Both the position numbers and the translations under genes were made by a program. DNA of 64,000 nucleotides from the NCBI GenBank assembly GCA_016182295.1, contig JACOXP010000007.1, positions 11,457-75,456 of the forward strand, read 5' to 3'. How positions within the stretch are numbered: the stretch's first letter is position 1; the number at the start of each line of letters is the position of its first letter. Positions 53,991 to 63,010 of the stretch are shown piece after piece. This DNA is from Candidatus Harrisonbacteria bacterium. GTDB taxonomy: Bacteria; Patescibacteriota; Minisyncoccia; UBA6257; WO2-44-18. The notes under the pieces are model-generated. The model saw only the letters and a program-made list of their open reading frames with translations, made no database searches and was not told where the DNA came from.

Positions 53991-55763
53991 TTAATTTTGC
54001 AAATTACTGATATTGTTTTTAACTTTTCCGCGAACGCGGAAAAAGAAATAAGTAAGAAACAGAAGTGACAATAGAATAATCGCCGAAAGGAAAATTGATG
54101 CCTGCGCGTAACTGACTCCCATCACGCCGAGTAAAGAGCTTGTCAAAACGGCGTTGAATGTTTTTGGATCGGACCATAAATAGCTGTTGCCTTGAGCAAC
54201 GCCGGCTTTCACCTGCCACTTGCCCGGAGGCAATCCCAGATCTTTCGCGATTGACCATTCCCCCGCTTTATCGCTTTTAACCTCAACGCTTAGCGTTTCT
54301 TCGCCGTTTTCGTTAATGAAAACCAAACTGACCGCGCTATCGGCTTCGGCGGTGCCCGACAAGTAAAAAATTTCTTCTTCCGGATAATAAACGGGCGGGG
54401 CTATTGAGATAGACGGCGGAGATGCCGCGTTGACAATGCCGGGCAATAAAAACCCTGAAAACAAAGCAATGGCCAGAAACACAGCCGTTGGCGGTTTGCG
54501 GAAAGAGTTAATTAATTTCTTCCAATCATCCCGCAGGGCGTAATAAATACGACCGCGATGCAAACGCATCAAACCCAATGAAATCGCGCCGATTAATAAA
54601 GCCAAGGATCCCAAAAAGGCCGCGACCCATTTCCAGGGAACAAGAAATCTTCCCAAATCCACTCCATCCGGGCCCACAAAACGATAAATTGGTCTTACTA
54701 TGCTTAAAGTCACGAATTCTTCTCGAAAATTACCGACTTTGTCCACTGCTTTTATAATAATATGGTATCGGCCAACGTCAAGATTGCTTAAAGCGTAAGG
54801 CGAGAATGCCTCAAAAAATAGCGATCCCTCATCCTGATCATCCTGCGTCAGATTGACGATCTTTAATTCAAAATGGTCCAACCCGGATAATTTATCAAAC
54901 GCCGCGAATTGCAGAATAATATCCTTTTGAGAAGTTCTCGCGTCGGGAACAACTTCAATGTCGAAAGATTCCGGAGGACTGACGTCTATTTTTGCGGCGA
55001 AGTGCGAAACGCCGCTCCACACGCCTTGCGCTTTTTGCCTTAAGTGCAGATACCAAATGCCGCTTTCCAAATCGGAAAATGAAACCGAATTTGCTTTCGT
55101 ATCACTAACCGCGTCGGGGAAACCCGATGAATCCTGATCAAAGGAATAACTAAAATCCTCAACCAGCGGATTTCTGTCCCAGCTTAAAATTATCGTCGAG
55201 TCGCGATTCCATTCGTTCGGATCCGGATGAGTTGATGAGAAGATTTGGGGACCCAGCGGAGCAGCCACGTTAAAATTGAAAAAGGCGGGCGCGGTCTGCC
55301 CTAAAGCATCAGTGGATGGTGATTGGCTGGTAAATACCCGCGTATTTTGCCCGAACCGGATTTCTCCGCTTCCGGGAGCAATTATCCTGAAGGTGAAAGT
55401 CAGGACGACTCCTTTCGAAACAGTCGTTCCCGGACTGGGCATATTGCCGGAGAAATAGATTCTGCCTTCACGATTGGAAAATGACGGTGGGACAATCCAG
55501 TCCTGAATTAAGGACTGGCCGATGGATGGTCCGGAAAGCTGAATTTTATCTTGGGGGAAAAAGAGTTCCACTTCCAACCCGCTAACTACCTGTTCTTTGG
55601 TGTCCAATAAAATTGAGAGGTCAAAAGTACTGCCGACAATAAACGACCCGCTGGGTGGGCTTAATAATAAAGTTGGGGAAGCCGCTCGCGCGGGATTAAT
55701 CGAGAGAAATAGAAATAGAACTGCAAATAAGAGAGAGAGAGAGAGAGGAAAAGTTTTTTTCAT
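53991..55763 (-). CDS. Cohesin-domain surface protein, paralog 1 (with an extra C-terminal module after the first TM)
   Basis: Signal peptide. LLLSPPSGSFIVGSTFDLSILLDTKEQVVSGLEVELFFPQDKIQL...FSNREGRIYFSG is a cohesin-like N-domain. Middle domain carries THPDPNEW...WYLHLRQ. Two further hydrophobic segments flank a second signal-peptide-like stretch (LPGIVNA-ASPP) and an extra ~100-aa domain. Confidence 0.65.
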   Translation of the reverse strand: MKKTFPLSLSLLFAVLFLFLSINPARAASPTLLLSPPSGSFIVGSTFDLSILLDTKEQVVSGLEVELFFPQDKIQLSGPSIGQSLIQDWIVPPSFSNREGRIYFSGNMPSPGTTVSKGVVLTFTFRIIAPGSGEIRFGQNTRVFTSQSPSTDALGQTAPAFFNFNVAAPLGPQIFSSTHPDPNEWNRDSTIILSWDRNPLVEDFSYSFDQDSSGFPDAVSDTKANSVSFSDLESGIWYLHLRQKAQGVWSGVSHFAAKIDVSPPESFDIEVVPDARTSQKDIILQFAAFDKLSGLDHFELKIVNLTQDDQDEGSLFFEAFSPYALSNLDVGRYHIIIKAVDKVGNFREEFVTLSIVRPIYRFVGPDGVDLGRFLVPWKWVAAFLGSLALLIGAISLGLMRLHRGRIYYALRDDWKKLINSFRKPPTAVFLAIALFSGFLLPGIVNAASPPSISIAPPVYYPEEEIFYLSGTAEADSAVSLVFINENGEETLSVEVKSDKAGEWSIAKDLGLPPGKWQVKAGVAQGNSYLWSDPKTFNAVLTSSLLGVMGVSYAQASIFLSAIILLSLLFLTYFFFRVRGKVKNNISNLQN

Positions 55764-55771
55764 TGTTGTGT

Positions 55772-57016
55772 TCAGCCATGATTTTTTTTCTTTTTGCCGT
55801 GAAAAGGCCTGGCTGATTTAATAATATCATTCTTAATATGATGTTTTATATGAGCGCGGTGATTTTTGTAAATCCACAAAACCATTACAAGCAAAATTAA
55901 AGCCAAACCGCCCAAAACCAGCAAAATCATTAGCTCTAAGCCGTCAGCGCCAACCAATTCATAAGCGGGATCAACGATAGTAATGGTTACTAACTGGTCC
56001 GCTCGATTCCCCGCCCGGTCAAAAGCCCTGACAATAACGTGGTATCGGCCAATGTCTAAATTCGAAAGAAAATAGGGGGAATCAACGTTAAAAAACAAAG
56101 GATCTTCAATGCTTCCCAAATTTAACGGCACTAGTTTAAACTCGTAATGATCTAGGCCGGATAAAGAATCCGCCGCGGAAAATTCTACGATTAAATTACG
56201 TTCAGCGGTACGTTTGTCCGGCGAAACCGCTACTTTAAAATCGGAAGGCGGATTTTTGTCTATTCGAATCGTGAAGTGGGAAACGCCGCCCCACACTTCT
56301 TTCACTTTTTGACGAAGATGAAAATACCAAACGCCGCTTTCCAGATCGGAAAAAGAAGCGAAAGTTTCGCTGGTTTCGCTGATAGAGTCCGGAAAACCGG
56401 AAGGGTCGTGATCCAGAGAATAACTGAACCCATCGGCTAAGGAATCTTTAACCCAAGTAAAATTCACCGTCGAATCGCGATACCAGTTTTCCAAATTGGG
56501 ATGGGTGGGGGAAACTATTTCAGGGCCGATTGACGGCGTGGGGTTTAGCGTCAGAAAAGCCGGAACGGTCTGGCCAAGAATATCGGCTGGCAAGCCATCG
56601 CCGGCGAATACCCGCGATTTTTTGCCAAATTCAATTTGAGCGCTGCCGGGCGCGATCACCCGAAAATTCAAGGTTAAAACAACGCCGTTGGAAGTCCGAA
56701 TTCCTGGGTTTTGCGTATCGCCGGACAAATAAATCCTGCCTTCGCGGTTGGAAAAAGACGGCTGGGTCGTCCAGGATTGAATTAAAGACCGACCAACCGA
56801 CGGGTTGGCAAGTTGCAGTTTATCGGGGGGGAAAAAGAGTTCCACTTCCAATCCGCTAACCACCCGTCCTTTGGTGTCCAATAAAATTGAAAGATCGAAA
56901 GTACTGCCGACAATAAACGACCCGCTGGTCGGGCTAAGCAATAAAGCCGGGGACGCCGCCCACGTCGTATTGAGAGAAAAAAAAAAGAAAAATCCTAGAA
57001 ATAAAGCATGAGCCAT
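55772..57016 (-). CDS. Cohesin-domain surface protein, paralog 2
   Basis: Same architecture: signal peptide, cohesin-like domain (LLLSPTSGSFIVGSTFDLSILLDTKGRVVSGLEVELFFPPDKLQL), conserved middle domain, C-terminal TM and basic tail. Confidence 0.65.
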   Translation of the reverse strand: MAHALFLGFFFFFSLNTTWAASPALLLSPTSGSFIVGSTFDLSILLDTKGRVVSGLEVELFFPPDKLQLANPSVGRSLIQSWTTQPSFSNREGRIYLSGDTQNPGIRTSNGVVLTLNFRVIAPGSAQIEFGKKSRVFAGDGLPADILGQTVPAFLTLNPTPSIGPEIVSPTHPNLENWYRDSTVNFTWVKDSLADGFSYSLDHDPSGFPDSISETSETFASFSDLESGVWYFHLRQKVKEVWGGVSHFTIRIDKNPPSDFKVAVSPDKRTAERNLIVEFSAADSLSGLDHYEFKLVPLNLGSIEDPLFFNVDSPYFLSNLDIGRYHVIVRAFDRAGNRADQLVTITIVDPAYELVGADGLELMILLVLGGLALILLVMVLWIYKNHRAHIKHHIKNDIIKSARPFHGKKKKNHG

Positions 57017-57022
57017 AATTCA

Positions 57023-58294
57023 TCATGACTTGTCTTCCGGTTTTTCAAAAGCGCGTTTAACTTTCCAAATATCATCGTAAATGGAGCGCTTAACATGAGT
57101 GCCGTGCTTTCCCAAAATCCGGAAAATAATTATTAACAAAATCAACGCCGGCAAACCGACGACCAGCAAGACCGCCAACCAAGGTATGAAAAATTTTCCT
57201 AAATCTACGCCGTCCGGTCCGATAAATTTATAAATAGGGGCGACTATGTTAACAGTGACTAACTTGTCTCGATAATTCCCCGCTTTGTCGAAAGCCCTGA
57301 TAATAATATGGTATCTTCCAGTATCCAGATTGGAAAGAAGATAAGGGGAGGTGATTTCAAAAAATAACGGGGTGTCAACGCTTCCTCGGCTTAGCGCAAC
57401 TAGTTTAAGCTCATAATGGTCAAGACCGGATAGCGTGTCCGTGGTAAAAAACTGCAGGAATAAATTTCGCTCGGCGGTGCGCTCGTCTGGCAAAACGGTA
57501 ATGTTGAAATCCGAAGGCGGGCCACTGTCTATTCTGAATGGAAAGTGCGAGACGCCGCCCCATACGGCTCTGACCCTCTGGCGAAGATGGAAATACCACA
57601 AACCGTCGTCAAGACTGCTGAAAGTGTTTGACGTCCTAATACCCTCGGATTCTATATCCGGAACTCCGGATGGATTCTGGTCTATGGAATAACTGAAACC
57701 GTCCGCGCCGCTGATATTTTGCCAGATAAAAGTCGGGTTGGGATCGCGATACCATTTTTCCGGATCTGGATGGCTGGGCGAAGCGATCTCTGGGCCGGCG
57801 GCGGGCGACACTGAAATGCTGTAAAAGGCCGGGGAAGCGTTTGCCAGGATATTAGTACCGAGGCCGTCGTTGGCTAAAATCCGCGTCCGGTTCCCAAAAG
57901 AAATCGTCGCCTCTCCGGGAGCAATCGCCCTAAAAGTTAAGGTTAAAACTACACCGTCGGAGGTATTGATTCCCGGCGACGGAATACCACCGACAAAACG
58001 CGCCCGTCCTTCGCTGTTGGAAAAGGTGGGGGCGGACGGCCAAACTTGAATTAATGAACGACCAATAGACGGGTTGGTAATTTGCAGTTTATCAGCCGGG
58101 AATATCAACTCTACTTCAACTAAATTGGCTGATAGCCCCTTCGTATCCAAAACAACCGAAACATTAAACGTCCCGCCTGTTAGAAAAGAACCCGAAGACG
58201 GACTAAGAGCCAAAGTCGCCGGACCGGCCGCTGGCGCCGGAATCGGCAAAATCAACACTAATAAAAATAAAGTTAAGAATAGTTTTTTAATCAT
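57023..58294 (-). CDS. Cohesin-domain surface protein, paralog 3
   Basis: LALSPSSGSFLTGGTFNVSVVLDTKGLSANLVEVELIFPADKLQI...FSNSEGRARFVGG, then a middle domain, then TM and basic tail. Confidence 0.65.
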   Translation of the reverse strand: MIKKLFLTLFLLVLILPIPAPAAGPATLALSPSSGSFLTGGTFNVSVVLDTKGLSANLVEVELIFPADKLQITNPSIGRSLIQVWPSAPTFSNSEGRARFVGGIPSPGINTSDGVVLTLTFRAIAPGEATISFGNRTRILANDGLGTNILANASPAFYSISVSPAAGPEIASPSHPDPEKWYRDPNPTFIWQNISGADGFSYSIDQNPSGVPDIESEGIRTSNTFSSLDDGLWYFHLRQRVRAVWGGVSHFPFRIDSGPPSDFNITVLPDERTAERNLFLQFFTTDTLSGLDHYELKLVALSRGSVDTPLFFEITSPYLLSNLDTGRYHIIIRAFDKAGNYRDKLVTVNIVAPIYKFIGPDGVDLGKFFIPWLAVLLVVGLPALILLIIIFRILGKHGTHVKRSIYDDIWKVKRAFEKPEDKS

Positions 58295-59070
58295 CCTCCA
58301 AAAATTCCAATAATAAATTTAACGATGAATTTTATGATGCCAAAAATAAAATTTAAAATACCCGTTCCGCCGCTAGTTGCTTCTTCGCCGGTTGTCGCGG
58401 AAACTGAAGGAGTTTTTTCAACTGGCGAGCCGGCTACCAGGCCACTGCCGCCAATTAGGGAAGCTTGTCCAAAACCTACGATTTCATCGCTCTCAACCGC
58501 GCTGGTCTCCGAAAGATCATTAATTACGTCAACAATATCCGGCGCCCATTGAAAAAACAAAATACTTAAATCGGCTAAATCAATAACTAGGTCCTTGTTA
58601 AAATCGGCCGGATTTTCTTTCGGCGGCAATTCTGCCAAATAAAGAAAGACGCTCAAATCAATCAAATTTATATAACCGTCATTGTTTAAATCGTAATCGC
58701 TCGGAACGACAAACCCGGGGATTTCTCTTTCGATAAATTCCCTAATATAATTTCTGATTAAACTTCCCCCGCCGGGATTGGCGGCGGTAATTTCTTCAAC
58801 CGCTTCTTCAACCGACTCTACGACCGCGGCTGGCAAAACCAGGATACCGGATCCGAGCCTAAAACTATCCGATGTCAAATCGCCACTGACAACCGGCTGG
58901 CCTAAATTTCCCTCTATAACAAAACCGCTGGAAGTTACCCGATGACCGGATGAAAGCAACTCCTGCCGGTCAATTTTAAAATTGGTAGAGGTAATTATCT
59001 GAGCGGAAGCAAAACCGCCGCTAATCAAAAAGATGGCAATAATTAAAGAAAAAACCGCTCTTGACATCAC
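58291..59070 (-). CDS. Secreted protein with a dockerin-type (type I-like) duplicated Ca-binding repeat and a C-terminal hydrophobic anchor
   Basis: Signal peptide. The two repeats are DYDLNNDGYINLIDLSVFL and DFNKDLVIDLADLSILF (D-x-N-x-D-G-x-I-N-x-x-D pattern). Ser/Thr/Gly linker. C-terminal GILNFIFGIIKFIVKFIIGIFGG. Confidence 0.6.
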   Translation of the reverse strand: MMSRAVFSLIIAIFLISGGFASAQIITSTNFKIDRQELLSSGHRVTSSGFVIEGNLGQPVVSGDLTSDSFRLGSGILVLPAAVVESVEEAVEEITAANPGGGSLIRNYIREFIEREIPGFVVPSDYDLNNDGYINLIDLSVFLYLAELPPKENPADFNKDLVIDLADLSILFFQWAPDIVDVINDLSETSAVESDEIVGFGQASLIGGSGLVAGSPVEKTPSVSATTGEEATSGGTGILNFIFGIIKFIVKFIIGIFGG

Positions 59071-59096
59071 GATTATATTATATCAGATAAACCGCG

Positions 59097-59669
59097 CTAT
59101 TCTTCGAACGTCCAAGTGTGCATTATCCCCGCTAAAAGCTCGTCTATCTGTGGATAACCGGTTATTTCATAAAGATAACCATTGTGAACCAGCCAAACTT
59201 CTCGCGTGCGGCCGATAGTCGGATCGTCGCTCCAGAAAAGCAACGCTCTTTGGTCCCTGTTGGGCCCTATTAAGATCTCCAGCGAATCATCAATAACCGC
59301 TGACGGCAAATCCCGCAGAATTCTTTCTTCAGTCAATAAATCGTCCAGTCGCTGAAATTTGGGAATTTCGTCCGCGTCTCCATAAAAAGGCGCGATAAAA
59401 ACTTGAAATCCCGACTGATCCCCTCCGGAAAAAACAATGGTTTCGGCGCCGTCTTGTTCGTCAAAATTTTCGACAGACCAGCCGCGGGGATATTCCAAAG
59501 AAAATCCGTATTTTCTATTTACGTATTTTTGAAAATCATCGCCCAGAATCAATTGTTTTCCAAAAAGGGCGGTTTGATTCCAAGAATCAACTGGGAACCA
59601 TAACAGAAATGCCACAACCGCAATAATCATCAAAAATCCAATAATTATTATTTTCTTGTTATGCAACAT
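59097..59669 (-). CDS. Hypothetical N-terminally anchored membrane protein
   Basis: IIIIGFLMIIAVVAFLLWF TM, then a 160-aa extracytoplasmic domain. Confidence 0.5.
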   Translation of the reverse strand: MLHNKKIIIIGFLMIIAVVAFLLWFPVDSWNQTALFGKQLILGDDFQKYVNRKYGFSLEYPRGWSVENFDEQDGAETIVFSGGDQSGFQVFIAPFYGDADEIPKFQRLDDLLTEERILRDLPSAVIDDSLEILIGPNRDQRALLFWSDDPTIGRTREVWLVHNGYLYEITGYPQIDELLAGIMHTWTFEE

Positions 59670-59689
59670 CGGAAATTATTCTAACATGT

Positions 59690-62600
59690 CTAACGCAATC
59701 TGACATTTCTTAACCTGACGTGGCCTCGCAGGCGCAGGATTTCCGGTTTCTCTATGGATATTTCCGGATAAGTCGTGTAACCGCCTCCGCCTTCCTGCGC
59801 GAAAGAACCGCCGCCGGATTGAACGGCTTGTAAACAAAAGGTTTTTCCGCCCTTCGCCACGGTATCCAGCGAAGTCGTGGAAACCGACAAAGCGAAATCA
59901 AAAAGCATGCTGGCGCCGGCGTCAACGGTTCCCTGGGAGCTGGTAAAATTATTGGATTCGTTATAGGTCTGATTGACTACCGCGTGGCTGGTGCTGGTAG
60001 CCGCGTATCGCGGATCCTGATAATTGGCCGTCAAGGCCGCCCCATCGGAAGGGGTGAAGTTATCCGCCCAAGTCATAGCGGTCGTGCCGCCCACATCGCT
60101 GAAAGAAGCCGAAGAACAGCCGCCTCCCGGTTTTTCGCCAACCTGAAGACGGCTGGTGGTGGAAGTAAGATCGTTATCGCCGCCAACATCAAAGAGTAAT
60201 CTTAAACGAATCGGGGTCCCCGATTCCGGAGCGATAATCGGCGTGTTGTAACCGCCGGCGCCGCCAACGTCGGTTGAATCGTCATTAGCAAACCAGCGGT
60301 AAGCAATTTGAGTTAAATTAGTCGCTGTCGTTGGGGCCTCGACCGCTTCAGTGGTAAACGTGCTACACCCCGAATCGGTGTAGGCATTAGTGTCATCCGG
60401 ATCCCTCGCTGATGCTTTCCACCAGTATTGCGTGCTGTTGGATAACGCGTCATCCGAATTTAGGGTATAACTTCCCTGCGTGCCGGAAGTGAAACATTGG
60501 GCGGGCTCGTTGGTGCAAACGGCGTTCGTTCCCGACCAGGTATTTTCGTAAGTGTAAAGCGCTCCGCCATTGACCCCGGCTATCAGATTAGTGCCGTCCG
60601 AATCCGTGGCAACACCCCACCAGCTCAAGTTCGTATCTCCGGCCGGTCGGCGTTCGTACCAATTTTCTCCGGAATCCCACGAAGTCCAAAGCCGGGTAGT
60701 TTCCCCGGCGATTAAAAAAGATCCGTCGCTGTCGGCGTCGACTCCCTGCCAGGATTTACTAAGCAAGCCGTTTTTACCAGTAGATTGGGCATACGACCAA
60801 GTGGAGCCCGTACTGGAAGACATCCAAAGCGCGCCGCCATTGATCGAGCCGACCATAAAAGTGCCGTCGTCATCAAGAGCGGCGCCCCAAAAATTGCCAG
60901 ACAATTCACTGACCCAATTCTGACCGGAATCTATCGAAGACCAAAGACCAACGCCTTCCGCTCCAAGAAGGACAGAACCGTCGGAGTCAGCCGCTGAATG
61001 TCGCCAGTCATTAGGCGAACCGACGCCCGCGGCCGCGCCCCAATTAGCTCCGGAGTCGGTTGAAAACCAAAGCTCGCCGGTGGTGGCGGCATCAAACACT
61101 CCGGCAATCAGCACGGAACCATCGGCGTCAGAACCGGCGCCTCGCCAATAACGGGTATTGTTCCCATCCGGCTGACGTTCATCCCAATTAGCTCCGCCAT
61201 CACTGGAGGTGTAAAGACGGTCCGCGGTACTGGCGCCAGCGATCAGATTGGAACCATCGCTGTCGGAGTCAATGGCTCGCCATTCTTTATTTAAAGCTCC
61301 GGCCGGCTGACGTTCGTCCCAGGTGGCGCCATAATCATCGGAAGTGTAAAGTCGGCCGGCATTTTGCCCCGCGATTAGATTGGAACCGTCAGAATCGGAG
61401 CCGACGCCGAACCAGGAATTAGTTCCGGACAGACGCAACTCCCAAGCATCGGCTTCATCATGCGTCTGAAGAACGGTGGTGCAACTACTTTCCGAATAGA
61501 TAGTAATTTTATAATTGATATTGCTGGAATTCGGATCGGTCGCGGTTACAAGAAAAGTCGGAGTGACGGAAACGCCAGTAGCGGCATCCGCTGGTGAATC
61601 TTGGGTAGGGGCGTTCGGCGGCGAAATCGTGCCGCTTTCATGAGTGAGAGTGTTGGCAGCCGACATAAAAATCATATCCCATTGAGAGCCGGCGTCGTCT
61701 ACTTTGGCGTTCGGCCAGCTGTTGCCGGTGCCGGAATTGATCGTCGCGCCTGAATCCCAATCCGTGCTTGCGACCCAATCAGTAGCGGTTGAACCAGGCG
61801 CTTCGATAAATTGCCGGACTATATTTCCCGAAGAATTTTTCGTAAAAAGCGCGTAATAATCGGGAGTTGATCCGGCGTAGAAAGTCAGCGTCGGCTGGGC
61901 GTTAACGTTGCCTTCGGTAGTGCTGTCGCTGGATCTTTTTGTAGAAGCGGAAGTGCCGCCGTCTTTGTCTATAAACCAAGTATTCAAACAATAGGCGCTG
62001 GCGCCTGAACAGAAAGTAGAGCCGTTAGAAAACCAAGTAACCAGAACGCGGCTGTTGGTGGAATCGGCCAGAGAATTGACGTAAAGATAGCTGGTCGCGG
62101 AAACGGTTTCCCCGTCTTTGGAAGTTACGCTTTGCCAGGTCCAGGTCGGCGGAGTGTCGCCACAGCTGTTAACGCAATTTGCCACGACGTATTTCAACGG
62201 ATCATCGACTTCTGAGAAAAAAAGATACAAACGTTTGGCGGCCGTGCCGGCGCCAGGCATTTGCTCAACGGAGGCTATAAAATTCTTGCTTTTTGCTTGG
62301 GAATCATAAATTGTGTCTATAGTTCCATCGCCGCTTGTGGCTGAAACGCCGCCCCAGTTGGAGCTCGCGGCGCCAGTGCATGTGCCAATGCAACGGATGT
62401 AGTAAACACCGGAAGCGGAGGTTGGTCCGGCGGTGGTTTTTGTGAAAACAACTCCGGGCTTGTTGTTGTGGGTCAGCACTATGCCCGGCCGGTAATTTTC
62501 ATTGTTGGAGGCGCCGGCGGCCAAAGTATTATCACCGGCGAAAGTTATGTCGGAAATATCATTTCCGGAATATACTATCGTCGCTTCCGCGTAGACAATT

Positions 62601-62989
62601 GACTGCCTGTTGGAAACGGTCGCCTGATAAGCAAGAAGGAGTTTGTTGTTGGTTGTGTCATGAACGGCCTGCACATTGCTGACGGCGGTGCCGATAGTTC
62701 CGCTGTCGGTCGTCCAGCTGGAACAGCCGGAATTGCAATAGGCAACCTGAATGACGCTGCTGGTATTGATAAAGACGGCCAGCCGGTTGTCGTTTGAATC
62801 GCGAAACAATTTTCGGCCGTTGGAATACTGGGTGGAATTGGCCAAAGCGGCCGTTGACACCGTCGTCGCCGCTTTGGCTTGCTTAATTTCCGGAGGGAAA
62901 TTTAAAACCCGCGGAAAAGGCGAAAATGTCCATCCCGCGATGATAAAAAAGACGATAAAAAATCTGATTATTTTCCTAGTTTTTGCCAT
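59690..62989 (-). CDS. Giant (1099 aa) secreted/anchored protein with a BNR/Asp-box beta-propeller
   Basis: N-terminal hydrophobic anchor. At least six S-x-D-x-G-x-[TN]-W repeats: LYTSDDYGATWDE, LYTSSDGGANWDE, WFSTDSGANWG, WSSIDSGQNWV, WMSSSTGSTWS, WTSWDSGENWYE. Ser/Thr/Gly-rich throughout. Confidence 0.75.
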   Translation of the reverse strand: MAKTRKIIRFFIVFFIIAGWTFSPFPRVLNFPPEIKQAKAATTVSTAALANSTQYSNGRKLFRDSNDNRLAVFINTSSVIQVAYCNSGCSSWTTDSGTIGTAVSNVQAVHDTTNNKLLLAYQATVSNRQSIVYAEATIVYSGNDISDITFAGDNTLAAGASNNENYRPGIVLTHNNKPGVVFTKTTAGPTSASGVYYIRCIGTCTGAASSNWGGVSATSGDGTIDTIYDSQAKSKNFIASVEQMPGAGTAAKRLYLFFSEVDDPLKYVVANCVNSCGDTPPTWTWQSVTSKDGETVSATSYLYVNSLADSTNSRVLVTWFSNGSTFCSGASAYCLNTWFIDKDGGTSASTKRSSDSTTEGNVNAQPTLTFYAGSTPDYYALFTKNSSGNIVRQFIEAPGSTATDWVASTDWDSGATINSGTGNSWPNAKVDDAGSQWDMIFMSAANTLTHESGTISPPNAPTQDSPADAATGVSVTPTFLVTATDPNSSNINYKITIYSESSCTTVLQTHDEADAWELRLSGTNSWFGVGSDSDGSNLIAGQNAGRLYTSDDYGATWDERQPAGALNKEWRAIDSDSDGSNLIAGASTADRLYTSSDGGANWDERQPDGNNTRYWRGAGSDADGSVLIAGVFDAATTGELWFSTDSGANWGAAAGVGSPNDWRHSAADSDGSVLLGAEGVGLWSSIDSGQNWVSELSGNFWGAALDDDGTFMVGSINGGALWMSSSTGSTWSYAQSTGKNGLLSKSWQGVDADSDGSFLIAGETTRLWTSWDSGENWYERRPAGDTNLSWWGVATDSDGTNLIAGVNGGALYTYENTWSGTNAVCTNEPAQCFTSGTQGSYTLNSDDALSNSTQYWWKASARDPDDTNAYTDSGCSTFTTEAVEAPTTATNLTQIAYRWFANDDSTDVGGAGGYNTPIIAPESGTPIRLRLLFDVGGDNDLTSTTSRLQVGEKPGGGCSSASFSDVGGTTAMTWADNFTPSDGAALTANYQDPRYAATSTSHAVVNQTYNESNNFTSSQGTVDAGASMLFDFALSVSTTSLDTVAKGGKTFCLQAVQSGGGSFAQEGGGGYTTYPEISIEKPEILRLRGHVRLRNVRLR

Positions 62990-63010
62990 TGTCAGTCACC
63001 CCTATACTAA

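Noticed and set aside
59984-60997. Several 60 to 117-aa ORFs on both strands inside the BNR giant gene
   Set aside because: They are shadow frames of a 3.3-kb GC-rich gene. The main frame carries six Asp-box repeats.
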